This document shows, piece after piece, positions 45,354-58,375 of a DNA stretch of 64,000 bases. How positions within the stretch are numbered: position 1 is the first letter of the stretch; each line of letters starts with the position of its first letter. Made by a program: the position numbers and the translations under genes. The notes under the pieces were generated by a model. The model had not been told where the DNA came from. It did not search any database and saw nothing but the letters and a program-made list of their open reading frames with translations. The DNA comes from Octopus vulgaris (Eukaryota): the NCBI GenBank assembly GCA_951406725.2, contig OX597828.1, positions 43,152,001-43,216,000 of the forward strand. Direction: 5' to 3'.

Positions 45354-45834
45354 GAATACAAAAAAATGGATAACAAAACATCCAGACAGATGATACAAAA
45401 GAGGGTTACGAAAAATCACGGACGGGTCATTCAAACTTTCTTTCCTCAGTCGAGTTCAAGATTATCTTTGCAATTTCGGCTGGTTATACTCGAGATTGCT
45501 CCTATCTGGCCAGCACCAAGGCAAAGCTAAGCTAAGAGTATTAGATTCCTATGAAGAAAGCAGCGAATGTATACGAAAACAAGGACGAAAAAAAACCGGA
45601 GAAATGTTACACAAATACAAATGTAAATAACAGCTGTCTTTCGACTAAGGGTGAATTAAATTAAGCTGGCGTGTGTGGAAGTGAAGCCTTGATGACAGGC
45701 ATGTGGGGTGGAGGTGGAATATAGATGTTGCACGGATGGTAGTCGAACCAAGACAGAAAGGTCAGGCTTTCTTCCTCATGCCAGTCATCTCTTATTTCCT
45801 CCCCATGTCTGTCATCTCTTATTTATATTGAAAC

Positions 45835-46175
45835 CACTTGATTCCGGGTTCACTCCCACTGTGTGTCACCTTGGGCTAGTGCCATCTACTACAGCCTCTG
45901 GCCGACCAAAGTCTCGTAGATACAAACTGAAAGAAATATCTGTGTGTGTGTCTGTCTGTTTGTGTGTGTGTGTCTTTGTGTCAGTGTTTGTCTCCCACTA
46001 CCGTTTGACGACCGGTGTTGGCTTGTTTACATCTCGGTAACTTAGCGGTTCGGCAAATGAGACCAATAGAATAAGTACCAGTACTGAGGTCGATTCATGC
46101 GAGTAAAGAAATGAAATTCTTCAGAATGGTGCCCCAGCATAGCCGCAGTCTAAATAACAAACAAGTAAAAGATAA
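45835..46175 (+). mobile_element. Diverged SINE family B copy
   Basis: TTCCGGGTTCACTCCCACTG..AACTTAGCGGTTCGGCAAA..GGTGCCCCAGCAT. Confidence 0.7.
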
Positions 46176-46789
46176 AAAAAAAAAACAATCATGGTTTCTT
46201 TCTTTGTATTTTATTTAGATTTGCTTTGTTCTATTCAATACTTTTTTTTATGTCTTCAAGCTTTATTGAGATGTTAATAATCTCTGAGGAATATTTTATT
46301 TATCTAAATCCACTTCACCATAAAAAAAGAAAGAAAAAAAAAAAGAAAATCCAATACTATCGAGGAGAAGGATAACGAAAGGAAAAAAAATATATAACCA
46401 AACCCAAATAAGCATCTGCGATCCCATTAGAAGACATAATCCTTATCTTGAAGATAGGCATAAATCTAATACCTAGATCGCCTGCACGTCCAGGTTAAGT
46501 CAAACGATATTTTAGTACTTTCGTATTTCTGGTTCAAGAATGGACTTTCGAATGCATTGTATAGAATTCCTTTCGCTTCCGTTCTTGAACTTTTGCCATG
46601 GTTAGCTTCGGATGAATACACACATAATCTTGCGACTATGTATTATCAGATTATTGTCAAGTAGAAGAAATCTTTCCTTTATTTCTTCAGAACTGTTTCG
46701 GCTTTATGAGGTTTTCTTTATTGCTGATGCTGTTGTAGTAGTTGTTGCTTTTGTGCTTGTTGTTGCTGCTATCATCATCATCATCATCA

Positions 46790-46849
<60 letters not shown>

Positions 46850-46939
46850 GGATCATCACATCATCATCATCATCATCATTGTTCCTGTTGTTGTTGCTGT
46901 TGTTATCGTCGCTGCTGTTATCGTTGTTCTTGCTGTTAG

Positions 46940-47103
46940 AAAAATGTTTGGCAGTATTTGTTCCGGCTCTTTAGTTCCCGAGTTCAAGTTTCGTCAAGGT
47001 CAAGTTTTGCCTTTCAGCATTCCGAGTCGATGAAATAAAGTAACAATAGTAATATTGTATCTTACTAACCGAAAGCTCTTCAAATGTCAGGCCTTTATTC
47101 TAG

Positions 47104-47136
<33 letters not shown>

Positions 47137-47401
47137 GTCATCGTCATCATCATCATCATCACTATCGTCGTTGTCGTCGTTGTTGTTATCGGCGTTGTTA
47201 TGTCAGGTGGCAGAATCGTTAGCATGCAAGGGGAAAATGCTTAGTGGTATTTCGTCCATCTTCTCACGCTCTGAGTCCGAATTGCGCCGGGTTCGACTTT
47301 GCCTTTCATCCTTTTGGGGTGTACCAGTGAAACATTGGGGTCTATGTAATTGACTAGTCTCCACCCACCAAATTTCAAACCTTGTGCATATAGTAAAAGG
47401 G

Positions 47402-47437
<36 letters not shown>

Positions 47438-47780
47438 TCGGCGAGCTGGCAGAATCGTTAGCGCGCTGGACGAAATGTTTAGCGTTATTTCGCCCGTCAC
47501 TACGTTCCGACTTCAAATTCCGCCGAGGTCGACTTTGCCTTTCATCCATTCGGGGTCGATTAAATAAATACCAGTTACGCACTGGGGTCGATGTAATCGA
47601 CTTAATCCGTTTGTCTGTCCTTGTTTGTCCTCTCTGTGTTTAGCCTTTTGTTGGTAGTAAAGAAACAGGCATTTCGCCCGTCGCTACGCTCTGAGTTCAC
47701 ATCCCGCCGAAGTCGACTCTAACGTTTTATCCTTTCGAGGTCGATAAAATAAGTACCAGTTGAACACTGGGGTCGACTCA
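46940..47780 (+). mobile_element. Cluster of four same-strand SINE family A copies or fragments separated by (ATC)n/(ATT)n
   Basis: Repeated GAGTTCAAATTCCGCCGAGGTCGAC-like motif at ~46980, ~47275, ~47510 and ~47695. Confidence 0.75.
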
Positions 47781-47835
47781 TCTCCTTCCGCAAAATGGCT
47801 TCCCCTGTTGCAAAATCTGAAAACATCATCATTAC

Positions 47836-47884
<49 letters not shown>

Positions 47885-48402
47885 GTTATTATTATTATCA
47901 TTATCATCATGTACAAACTCTGGCCTAAAATTTGGTACAAGCATACAAAGTGAAACAAAAGATAGAAGGAAATAAGTGAATAAATATAAAAAAAAATAAT
48001 AAAAATATGAGAATGAAAAAAAAAAAATAACGATAAAAATCAATGGAATGAAATAAACTGAACGAAAATCCTAAAGGTAAAATGCATTCTAAATTAGCAA
48101 AAGAGGCGCGATAATAAAACGAACGAAGGAAAAAATGATGTAGAAAGACTTTGTGTTTTGGATAGTGAGGGGTGGGGGTGAGGGGAGGAAAATAAGAGAA
48201 AGAAGGAAGGGAAGAAAGAACCGTATGATAGTAATACAATAACTATAGGATTGATCGAGTAATATAGTCAATTAATTTATGAGGAGAAATCACCGAAGAT
48301 TTATGAGAAGTTCCCTGACAAGAACGCTGCCAATTGGCAAATAAGTAGATAAAGAAACAGCAAATTGTCTTCAGATGCGTGTATATAAATATACCTCTCC
48401 TA

Positions 48403-48518
<116 letters not shown>

Positions 48519-49124
48519 ATGCAAGTGCGTGTTCATGCATATATATATATGTATGTATACACGCACGCATATATATATTCGTATATGAATGTAAATACGC
48601 ATGCGCACATACACATATGCGCACATACAGACAAGCGGAGAGAGACAGGCAGGCAGGCATAAATATATAGTGACAGTAATTTAGCGTGGAAACATCTTGA
48701 TAACAAAGTATTTTCTTCATTTACGTTCTAACCTCCTACCACAATTCATCAGAATTTTGCTTTTTATCGAATTGTCTGCTGCAAAAGTCACAGACCATCT
48801 GTATGAGTCTTCAATATCTTCTGATTCTATTAGATAATACAATATGCTTAGACGGAATTTTCTTTTGTGGAATTTTCTTTATAAGAAAAATGGCCGCTAA
48901 ATGACAGCGTCCGAATACATTATACACACTGATAAATCAGGTAGACGTTAGATGCGTATCGGTGTAGAAATGTTCCATAAACTCGTGACAATTTCTCTTC
49001 TGAATCACCTCGTTCAAAGTTCGATCCCACTGTAAGCTGTACCAGGAATGATAGCTTTAATGATAGCTTTAATAACGAAATGCAAAATATTCAGCTGGCG
49101 TAAAATAAAAATAATTCACTGCCT

Positions 49125-49162
<38 letters not shown>

Positions 49163-49336
49163 CGTCTGGCTGTGTGTTGCTCTCTCTCTCTCTCTATTTA
49201 TATACATATCTCTTTGCCTATGTAAGTATGTATGTATGTATGTATGTATCTATCTATCTATCTATCTAAACACACACACACACATATATATATATATGTA
49301 TGTATGTATTTATACATATATATGTATATACATACA

Positions 49337-49421
<85 letters not shown>

Positions 49422-49892
49422 TGATTTTCGATACGCTTAATGTCGTATTCGAACCTTTTAATCTTCTACTTATAAGTTGTAAGCTAGCGATCATTATAAA
49501 TTATAAATATCATGTGAATTTTGAGACTGTTCCCATTAATATTCGACATATATTCATCTTATTTTTAATTATTTAACTATTTTTAATCATCAACAATTTA
49601 ACTGTTTATTTAAATGGTTAACTTGGTTTAACTCGAAGTTTTAGTCTTTATTCCTTTCTCTTATCGATATACCATCCGTCTTTTTATTTTTACAAATATT
49701 TTTTATTTTCATTCGCACAAATGTTTTATTTCACAACCTTTTTTCACTTCACAAAGCTTTTTTATATATTCTTGCGAACTTTTAAAAAAAAGCTATAACA
49801 TTAAAAAAAAAAAACTAAAACATTATCCGATATGATTACGAGAAATTTTTAACTCTCTCAAATTTTAAAACTATTTTAATCAATTTTTTGTA

Positions 49893-49974
49893 CCTCTGAT
49901 AAGAGAAATGCGACTATTTGTATCCGCTGGAAAACTTACCTAATACAAACGCATTCTCCGAAACGATTGTAAGG
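49893..49974 (+). ncRNA. Degenerate hammerhead motif with extended stem II
   Basis: CCT-CTGATAA-GAGAAATGCG...CGCATTCTCC-GAAA-CGATTG-TA-AGG; G8 is mutated. Confidence 0.55.
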
Positions 49975-50104
49975 CTTTGTACTATTGCTTTTTGGGGATT
50001 GTAATATTGGAGCGCTTGAAACCTAATATTTCGATAAACATTTTATGCGTTTTGTATTCCCACGATAAACAAATTTGACTCACGAAAATCAGTCCTCCGC
50101 TTTA

Positions 50105-50319
50105 TGTGACCTCGTGAGTACCACTGGCGATTTTTTTCCTCTGTCTTCCCTTCTCGGGATCTTTCCTTCTCCTATGTTTCCGACGAAGAGCTCCGCTCGA
50201 AACGTTAAACACTCCTTCTTCCCTTCTTTCCTGAGCGTCCAATAATATTTTATTTGTTCCACGTCCTCGCGTTGTTGTGTCTTTTTTGTTTTTTGGTGTT
50301 TTCTTGTTTGGATTAACTT

Positions 50320-50320
<1 letters not shown>
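50105..50320 (+). mobile_element. Repeat X copy (minimal HHR at 50175-50211)
   Basis: TGTTT-CCGACGA-A-GAGC-TCC-GCTC-GAAA-CGTT-AAACA. Confidence 0.8.
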
Positions 50321-50366
<46 letters not shown>

Positions 50367-50411
50367 TTAATTAATAGCAGGAGATAAATTTTGTATTAGA
50401 ATTTTATTAGG

Positions 50412-50454
50412 TACAACATATGTTTCGATCCATCAGTCAGGATCTCTTCTGGTA
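50412..50454 (-). ncRNA. Minimal hammerhead motif (U4A core variant)
   Basis: Minus strand TAC-CAGAAGA-GATCC-TGACTGAT-GGATC-GAAA-CATATG-TT-GTA. Confidence 0.6.
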
Positions 50455-50949
50455 GATTAATAAAGTAATCTCACTATAGATTTTTAAATGTCTGCTGGCT
50501 CGTTATATGATCATCAAGTTCGGAATGAATAATTTAACTGCCACTGCGGACTTCCTGAAGTAGATCTGACGGAAGTGTACCACAACTGAGGATGACGACT
50601 GGTAGTATAAAATGTACCAGTGCTCTACTCAACATTTAAGCACACTAATCTAATTATATGTATTTGTCCAAATTATTTATTACACAAACACACACATACA
50701 CACACATGCACACTCACACATACATATATAGTTTTCAAATTTTGGTAAAATGCCAGCAATTTCTGGAGACTGAATAATTTGATTACATCGACACCAGCAC
50801 TCAAATGTTACTTATTTTATCGACCCTGAAAAGATGAAAGGCAACGCGAACCTCGGCAGAATTTGAACTTAGAACGTAAAGTCGGAAGAAATGTCGTTCA
50901 GTATTTTGTACAACGTAGTAACGATTTTGTCAACTCCAGTTATATATAT

Positions 50950-51024
<75 letters not shown>

Positions 51025-51088
51025 TATGTATATATGAAAAAACAAGTCAAAAATAGAAAATGCTAAAATAATTTTATAGTGAACATTT

Positions 51089-51126
51089 CAGTACCGGTTT
51101 CGGTCATTTTGAGACCTTTTCAACTG
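51089..51126 (-). ncRNA. Minimal type I hammerhead, U3-A8 core variant
   Basis: CAG-TTGAAAA-GGTC-TCAAAAT-GACC-GAAA-CCGG-TA-CTG on the minus strand. Confidence 0.65.
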
Positions 51127-52008
51127 TAACGATTAAATAATTAAATTTAGAAAAATTAAAAGAAAAGTTTTTTAAAAATAATATTTCTATAGTAGTGTTC
51201 AGATTTAAGTGGCATTCTGCCTTTCTCTGACTCCCTTGTTTGCACTTGTGTGTTCGAGGTAGTTGTGAGTTCTTGGTAGGGTAGTAGAGGGAAGGCTGGT
51301 GAGGAAAGGGGGTGGGAGAATCTGGGAGTGCCCTGATGGTCGTATTTTGAATGGTCAGTGGCGGCTGGCAGTCTCAGTTCAATTCAGGAGAATATTTATA
51401 TTGACAGGCTTGTTTATAGAATTAGCGTAGGTGTTATACTAAAAAACATTAGTGACAAAGTTAAGGGGTAGGGGGTGGAGAAGTAGAAGAAGAAGAAGAA
51501 GAAGAAGAAGAAGAAAAAGAAGAAGAAGAAGAAGGAGCTTCTTCTTCATCATCATCATTATCATCATCATCGTCGTCATAATCATCACCACCATCACCAT
51601 CATCGTCATCTTCTCCTTCTCCTTCTTCTTCTTCTTCTTCTTCTTCTTCTACTTCTCCACCCCCTACCCCTTAACTTTGTCACTAATGTTTTTTAGTATA
51701 ACACCTACGCTAATTCTATAAACAAGCCTGTCAATATAAATATTCTCCTGAATTGAACTGAGACTGCCAGCCGCCACTGACCATTCAAAATACGACCATC
51801 AGGGCACTCCCAGATTCTCCCACCCCCTTTCCTCACCAGCCTTCCCTCTACTACCCTACCAAGAACTCACAACTACCTCGAACACACAAGTGCAAACAAG
51901 GGAGTCAGAGAAAGGCAGAATGCCACTTAAATCTGAACACTACTATAGAAATATTATTTTAAAAAAACTTTTCTTCTAATTTTTCTAAATTTAATTATTT
52001 AATCGTTA

Positions 52009-52046
52009 CAGTTGAAAAGGTCTCAAAATGACCGAAACCGGTACTG
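52009..52046 (+). ncRNA. Minimal type I hammerhead, U3-A8 core variant
   Basis: CAG-TTGAAAA-GGTC-TCAAAAT-GACC-GAAA-CCGG-TA-CTG. Confidence 0.65.
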
Positions 52047-52384
52047 AAATGTTCACTATAAAATTATTTTAGCATTTTCTATTTTTCACTTGTTTTTTCA
52101 TATATATCAACTCGTGTGTTCCTTTTCACCCTTATACATATATGTATATATATATAATTAATCAATATAGGGTGGCAAAAAAAATTTTGTAGAATTCTTT
52201 TGCCACCAGCGGCCTAGTAGGAAAAAATTAAAATAGTCATAGACCATTTTTAAGTTCAACATCAACAATAAAGGAACGGCCATAATAGGCCATTCACCCA
52301 CTAGAAATAACAGCCAAAGCTTCAACCGCAAATAAAAGTTAATTCAGTAAACCAGGAGAAAATTTATAAAACATTTACCCTGTA

Positions 52385-52491
52385 ATTTCTTATACGATAT
52401 ACCGTTTCATCTGCTGATTAATGGTAAACTAACCTGATTAAATTAAATCAAGCCAATCTTCCACAGGCCCTCAGATTCTTCAGTAAGAAAT
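52385..52491 (-). ncRNA. Type I hammerhead ribozyme (array copy 1)
   Basis: Reverse complement of 54041-54147. Confidence 0.8.
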
Positions 52492-52877
52492 AGCCCAAGA
52501 CGGAACAGATATTTTCACGAGGCATTTCCGACGTTGCCAAGTTTATATCTGACCTAAAATTTTCAAATCGTCGCACTCGCGCCAAATTTATCGGCAGCAA
52601 ATAAATATAAGCCGTCGATTCCATTACGGAATTAACCAGAAAATTCATAATTAATCAATATAGGGTGCCAAAAAAAATTTTGTAGAATTCTTTTGCCACC
52701 AGCGGCCTAGTAGGAAAAAATTAAAATAGTCATAGACCATTTTTAAGTTCAACATCAACAATAAAGGAACGGCCATAATAGGCCATTCACCCACTAGAAA
52801 TAACAGCCAAAGCTTCAACCGCAAATAAAAGTTAATTCAGTAAACCAGGAGAAAATTTAAAAAACATTTACCCTGTA

Positions 52878-52984
52878 ATTTCTTATACGATATACCGTTT
52901 CATCTGCTGATTAATGGTAAACTAACCTGATTAAATTAAATCAAGCCAATCTTCCACAGGCCCTCAGATTCTTCAGTAAGAAAT
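52878..52984 (-). ncRNA. Type I hammerhead ribozyme (array copy 2)
   Basis: Reverse complement of 54041-54147. Confidence 0.8.
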
Positions 52985-53370
52985 AGCCCAAGACGGAACA
53001 GATATTTTCACGAGGCATTTCCGACGTTGCCAAGTTTATATCTGACCTAAAATTTTCAAATCGTCGCACTCGCGCCAAATTTATCGGCAGCAAATAAATA
53101 TAAGCCGTCGATTCCATTACGGAATTAACCAGAAAATTCATAATTAATCAATATAGGGTGGCAAAAAAAATTTTGTAGAATTCTTTTGCCACCAGCGGCC
53201 TAGTAGGAAAAAATTAAAATAGTCATAGACCATTTTTAAGTTCAACATCAACAATAAAGGAACGGCCATAATAGGCCATTCACCCACTAGAAATAACAGC
53301 CAAAGCTTCAACCGCAAATAAAAGTTAATTCAGTAAACCAGGAGAAAATTTAAAAAACATTTACCCTGTA

Positions 53371-53477
53371 ATTTCTTATACGATATACCGTTTCATCTGC
53401 TGATTAATGGTAAACTAACCTGATTAAATTAAATCAAGCCAATCTTCCACAGGCCCTCAGATTCTTCAGTAAGAAAT
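53371..53477 (-). ncRNA. Type I hammerhead ribozyme (array copy 3)
   Basis: Reverse complement of 54041-54147. Confidence 0.8.
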
Positions 53478-54040
53478 AGCCCAAGACGGAACAGATATTT
53501 TCACGAGGCATTTCCGACGTTGCCAAGTTTATATCTGACCTAAAATTTTCAAATCGTCGCACTCGCGCCAAATTTATCGGCAGCAAATAAATAACAGCCA
53601 AAGCTTCAACCGCAAATAAAATCAGCAGATGAAACGGTATATCGTATAAGAAATTACAGGGTAAATGTTTTTTAAATTTTCTCCTGGTTTACTGAATTAA
53701 CTTTTATTTGCGGTTGAAGCTTTGGCTGTTATTTCTAGTGGGTGAATGGCCTATTATGGCCGTTCCTTTATTGTTGATGTTGAACTTAAAAATGGTCTAT
53801 GACTATTTTAATTTTTTCCTACTAGGCCGCTGGTGGCAAAAGAATTCTACAAAATTTTTTTTGCCACCCTATATTGATTAATTATGAATTTTCTGGTTAA
53901 TTCCGTAATGGAATCGACGGCTTATATTTATTTGCTGCCGATAAATTTGGCGCGAGTGCGACGATTTGAAAATTTTAGGTCAGATATAAACTTGGCAACG
54001 TCGGAAATGCCTCGTGAAAATATCTGTTCCGTCTTGGGCT

Positions 54041-54147
54041 ATTTCTTACTGAAGAATCTGAGGGCCTGTGGAAGATTGGCTTGATTTAATTTAATCAGGT
54101 TAGTTTACCATTAATCAGCAGATGAAACGGTATATCGTATAAGAAAT
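54041..54147 (+). ncRNA. Type I hammerhead ribozyme (array copy 4)
   Basis: Stem I ATTTCTTA/TAAGAAAT (8 bp), core CTGAAGA, stem II ATCTG/CAGAT, GAAA, stem III CGGTATATCG, GTA triplet; predicted cut after 54139. Confidence 0.8.
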
Positions 54148-54533
54148 TACAGGGTAAATGTTTTTTAAATTTTCTCCTGGTTTACTGAATTAACTTTTAT
54201 TTGCGGTTGAAGCTTTGGCTGTTATTTCTAGTGGGTGAATGGCCTATTATGGCCGTTCCTTTATTGTTGATGTTGAACTTAAAAATGGTCTATGACTATT
54301 TTAATTTTTTCCTACTAGGCCGCTGGTGGCAAAAGAATTCTACAAAATTTTTTTTGCCACCCTATATTGATTAATTATGAATTTTCTGGTTAATTCCGTA
54401 ATGGAATCGACGGCTTATATTTATTTGCTGCCGATAAATTTGGCGCGAGTGCGACGATTTGAAAATTTTAGGTCAGATATAAACTTGGCAACGTCGGAAA
54501 TGCCTCGTGAAAATATCTGTTCCGTCTTGGGCT

Positions 54534-54640
54534 ATTTCTTACTGAAGAATCTGAGGGCCTGTGGAAGATTGGCTTGATTTAATTTAATCAGGTTAGTTTA
54601 CTATTAATCAGCAGATGAAACGGTATATCGTATAAGAAAT
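54534..54640 (+). ncRNA. Type I hammerhead ribozyme (array copy 5)
   Basis: Same motif 493 bp downstream; predicted cut after 54632. Confidence 0.8.
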
Positions 54641-54765
54641 TACAGGGTAAATGTTTTTTAAATTTTCTCCTGGTTTACTGAATTAACTTTTATTTGCGGT
54701 TGAAGCTTTGGCTGTTATTTCTAGTGGGTGAATGGCCTATTATGGCCGTTCCTTTATTGTTGATG

Positions 54766-54801
<36 letters not shown>

Positions 54802-54803
54802 GT

Positions 54804-55295
<492 letters not shown>

Positions 55296-55308
55296 ATATG
55301 TATGTATA

Positions 55309-55373
<65 letters not shown>

Positions 55374-55774
55374 GTATATGATGAAACTCCGAGTTTCGGA
55401 TGTCGGGGCGGAGACCCACCCCACCATCTCTTCAGTTGTCCGGCCATCGTAAAAATGCTATGAAAATGACTGTCAGAGTGTACGTTTAAAAAAAGATGGT
55501 CGCGTGTTGCACGGATGCTTGTAGTGAAATGCCCTGCGTGAACACACCGTAAGGACTACCAAAGGTGTTGGTTAAAAAGACAGGGCTCGTGAGGTTGAAG
55601 CTTACCTGTTCTTTTTTTAACCTCATACTGTTTTTATATGTGTATGCATATATGTTTGTGTGGATATGAATAAATCTATAGATACACACACACATATATA
55701 CATACACACATATAAATATATATATGTGTGTGTATATATATATAAATATATACGTATATATATATATTCAAAAT

Positions 55775-55982
55775 GTGACCGCGTGTGTACCGTTGGCTAT
55801 TTTTTTCCCCCCGTCTTCCCTTTTTTGGATCTTTCCTTCTCCTATGTTTCCGACGAAGAGCTCCGCTCGAAACGTTAAACCCTCCTTCTTTCCTTCTTTC
55901 CTGAGCGTCCAATAATACTATACTTGTTCCACGTCCTCGCGTTGTTGTGTTTTCTCTTTGTATTTTCATGTTTAGATTAACT
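55775..55982 (+). mobile_element. Repeat X copy (minimal HHR at 55846-55880)
   Basis: Near-identical to 41633-41817. Confidence 0.85.
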
Positions 55983-56237
55983 ATATATATATATATATAT
56001 ATTTATGTATGTGTATATATACATATAAATACATCATGCACACATACAGTCAAGCACGCACACACGCGCACATATAAATGCACATATGTATGTTATACAC
56101 GAAATGGAGTTCCGTCAGTGCTAATTCCTCCTATGTTTTAGAATAATATATTTTCCCAACTCCTGTTCATTTGTCGGCACTATAACTCATGTCTACATCC
56201 TGACTGACAAATATATACCCCTAACAAAACTTCGCCA

Positions 56238-56296
<59 letters not shown>

Positions 56297-56613
56297 TAAT
56301 CCCGTTCTTATTGACTATCAATTGACCATCAAGATTGGTAAGGTCAATAAACATAGTTTAAGACATGGAATCTTTTGCCAACTACATCTCCTAATTCATA
56401 AACTGACGCCATTATTTCTAAGATAAAGATTCTCCTTGCAGTAGAAAGAAATAATTCCTCATCTGATAATTCCTCAGTTCTGTCATTAGACCAATGAGAG
56501 TTACAATTGATGGCCGTCCAGCCTACCATGCACTTGCTATTCTTTGTTGGATTGCGTATTTTCATATTGTGATTGTGTTTCAGTGTATACATGTATTCAT
56601 ACATGTATGCATA

Positions 56614-56694
<81 letters not shown>

Positions 56695-56830
56695 AATATA
56701 TATATGTGTATGTGTATATATATCTTGATGTTTGTGCTTGTGTGCATATGCATTTATATATATGTATAGCTCTTTATCTCTCTCTCTCTATATATATATA
56801 TATAGAGAGAGAGAGAGGGAGACATGTATA

Positions 56831-56862
<32 letters not shown>

Positions 56863-57832
56863 CGTATTTGCGTGTATATATATATCTGTATAAGCATACA
56901 CACGTGAACATAGTCATCCACTTGTTATATATTTATGTATGTATGTATATGTATAGATACATACATATAGACAGTATATATACTTATATACACCCACACA
57001 CACAGAGTCACTCACTTATATATGCGTACACAAGCTTACATACAAATCTTAGTACATGTATGCTGATATATATATGTGTATATTCATCTGTCTGTCTATA
57101 TGGATGTGTTAATATGTGTATGAGTATATTTCTATCTACGTCTTGAAAGGTACACACACACACACACGAAGACATACACAAACGCTCATAATCTCAAAGA
57201 CATACACACACGCCCAAGACGCACAGACACAAGACGTAGACACACACATATATTCATTTTCTACACATCTCAAAACACACAATATTAGTAGAGACACACA
57301 AAGACGTAGATATGCAGAAGACCTCGCATCAAACAGTTTTCCGATATACACACGATGGATCTCTGGTTACCGATCTGATTTATAATGTTTGGATCAACTG
57401 AAAACAGTAAATCTATTTGGATTTATGTTCGATTTGAAAGATTAAAGATTTAATCTTGATTTACTCGTAGTTTCTTTCCAGATCCTTATACGATGTTTTA
57501 ATTTAATGAACATGGAGAAACAATAAAATGGATGAAAAGCTTACGTATCTACATTCATACTTAGATACAGATAGACGTACACCAAAACACGCACTAGCTC
57601 ATAGACAGACATGCACAACAGACAAAAACACTCACTCACGTACACACACACACACACACACAGACACACATGTGCATATCGACATTGTTTCCTGAACAAA
57701 AGATGGAATTTAATAGTATTGGTTTCTGGCATGAAGAAAGATTCTCTGCCTTGCAATAACTATAAAAATGAACAAAATATATTTCTATCTATCCATATAC
57801 ATATATACATACATATATATGTATATATATAT

Positions 57833-58050
57833 AGTTAATCCAAACAAGAAAATACAAAAAAAAAAAATACACAGCAACGCGAGGACGTGGAACAAATAAA
57901 GTATTATTGGACGCTCAGGAAAGAAGGGAAGAAGGAGGGTTTAACGTTTCGAGCGGAGCTCTTCGTCGGAAACATAGGAGAAGGAAAGATCCAGAGAAGA
58001 GAAGACAGAGGAAAAAAAATCGCCAACGGTACACTCGAGGTCACATATTA
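57833..58050 (-). mobile_element. Repeat X copy (minimal HHR at 57939-57973)
   Basis: Reverse complement of 50105-50320 and 55775-55982. Confidence 0.85.
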
Positions 58051-58055
58051 AAAGG

Positions 58056-58132
<77 letters not shown>

Positions 58133-58375
58133 GTATATATATAGTTGATATAGAAAAACAAAAGACGAAGAAAAGTGTATGAACAAGGAACAAGTGTATT
58201 AGTTTGACGCTCGGGAAAATGGAAGACCTTTACTTGGTGCCAACATACGGATATCCCAGCCTTTGAGGAACTTTGTATCTTCTGATGATTATTGAAAAAA
58301 AAAACAAATGATTCATATACTCATGTTTTGAATTCTACTTTCCTGTTTTCCCCCAGAAACCTATATATACATATA

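Larger units (their letters stand above)
51030..52106. repeat. ~1.08-kb near-perfect palindrome (arms ~490 bp, microsatellite centre); each arm carries an HHR motif
   Basis: 51030-51510 is the reverse complement of ~51625-52106 with only a few mismatches. Confidence 0.95.
52154..54765. mobile_element. 493-bp tandem array with central inversion; HHR-containing retrozyme-like / PLE-derived repeat
   Basis: Units start at 52154, 52647 and 53140 (to 53593); inverted ~2.3 units at 53620-54765. Copies differ by isolated SNPs; flanked by (TA)n. Confidence 0.9.

Noticed and set aside
52448-54577. Four identical 66-aa ORFs (MNFLVNSVMES...)
   Set aside because: Identity only reflects the 493-bp repeat. 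There is no recognisable domain and the ORF overlaps the ribozyme.
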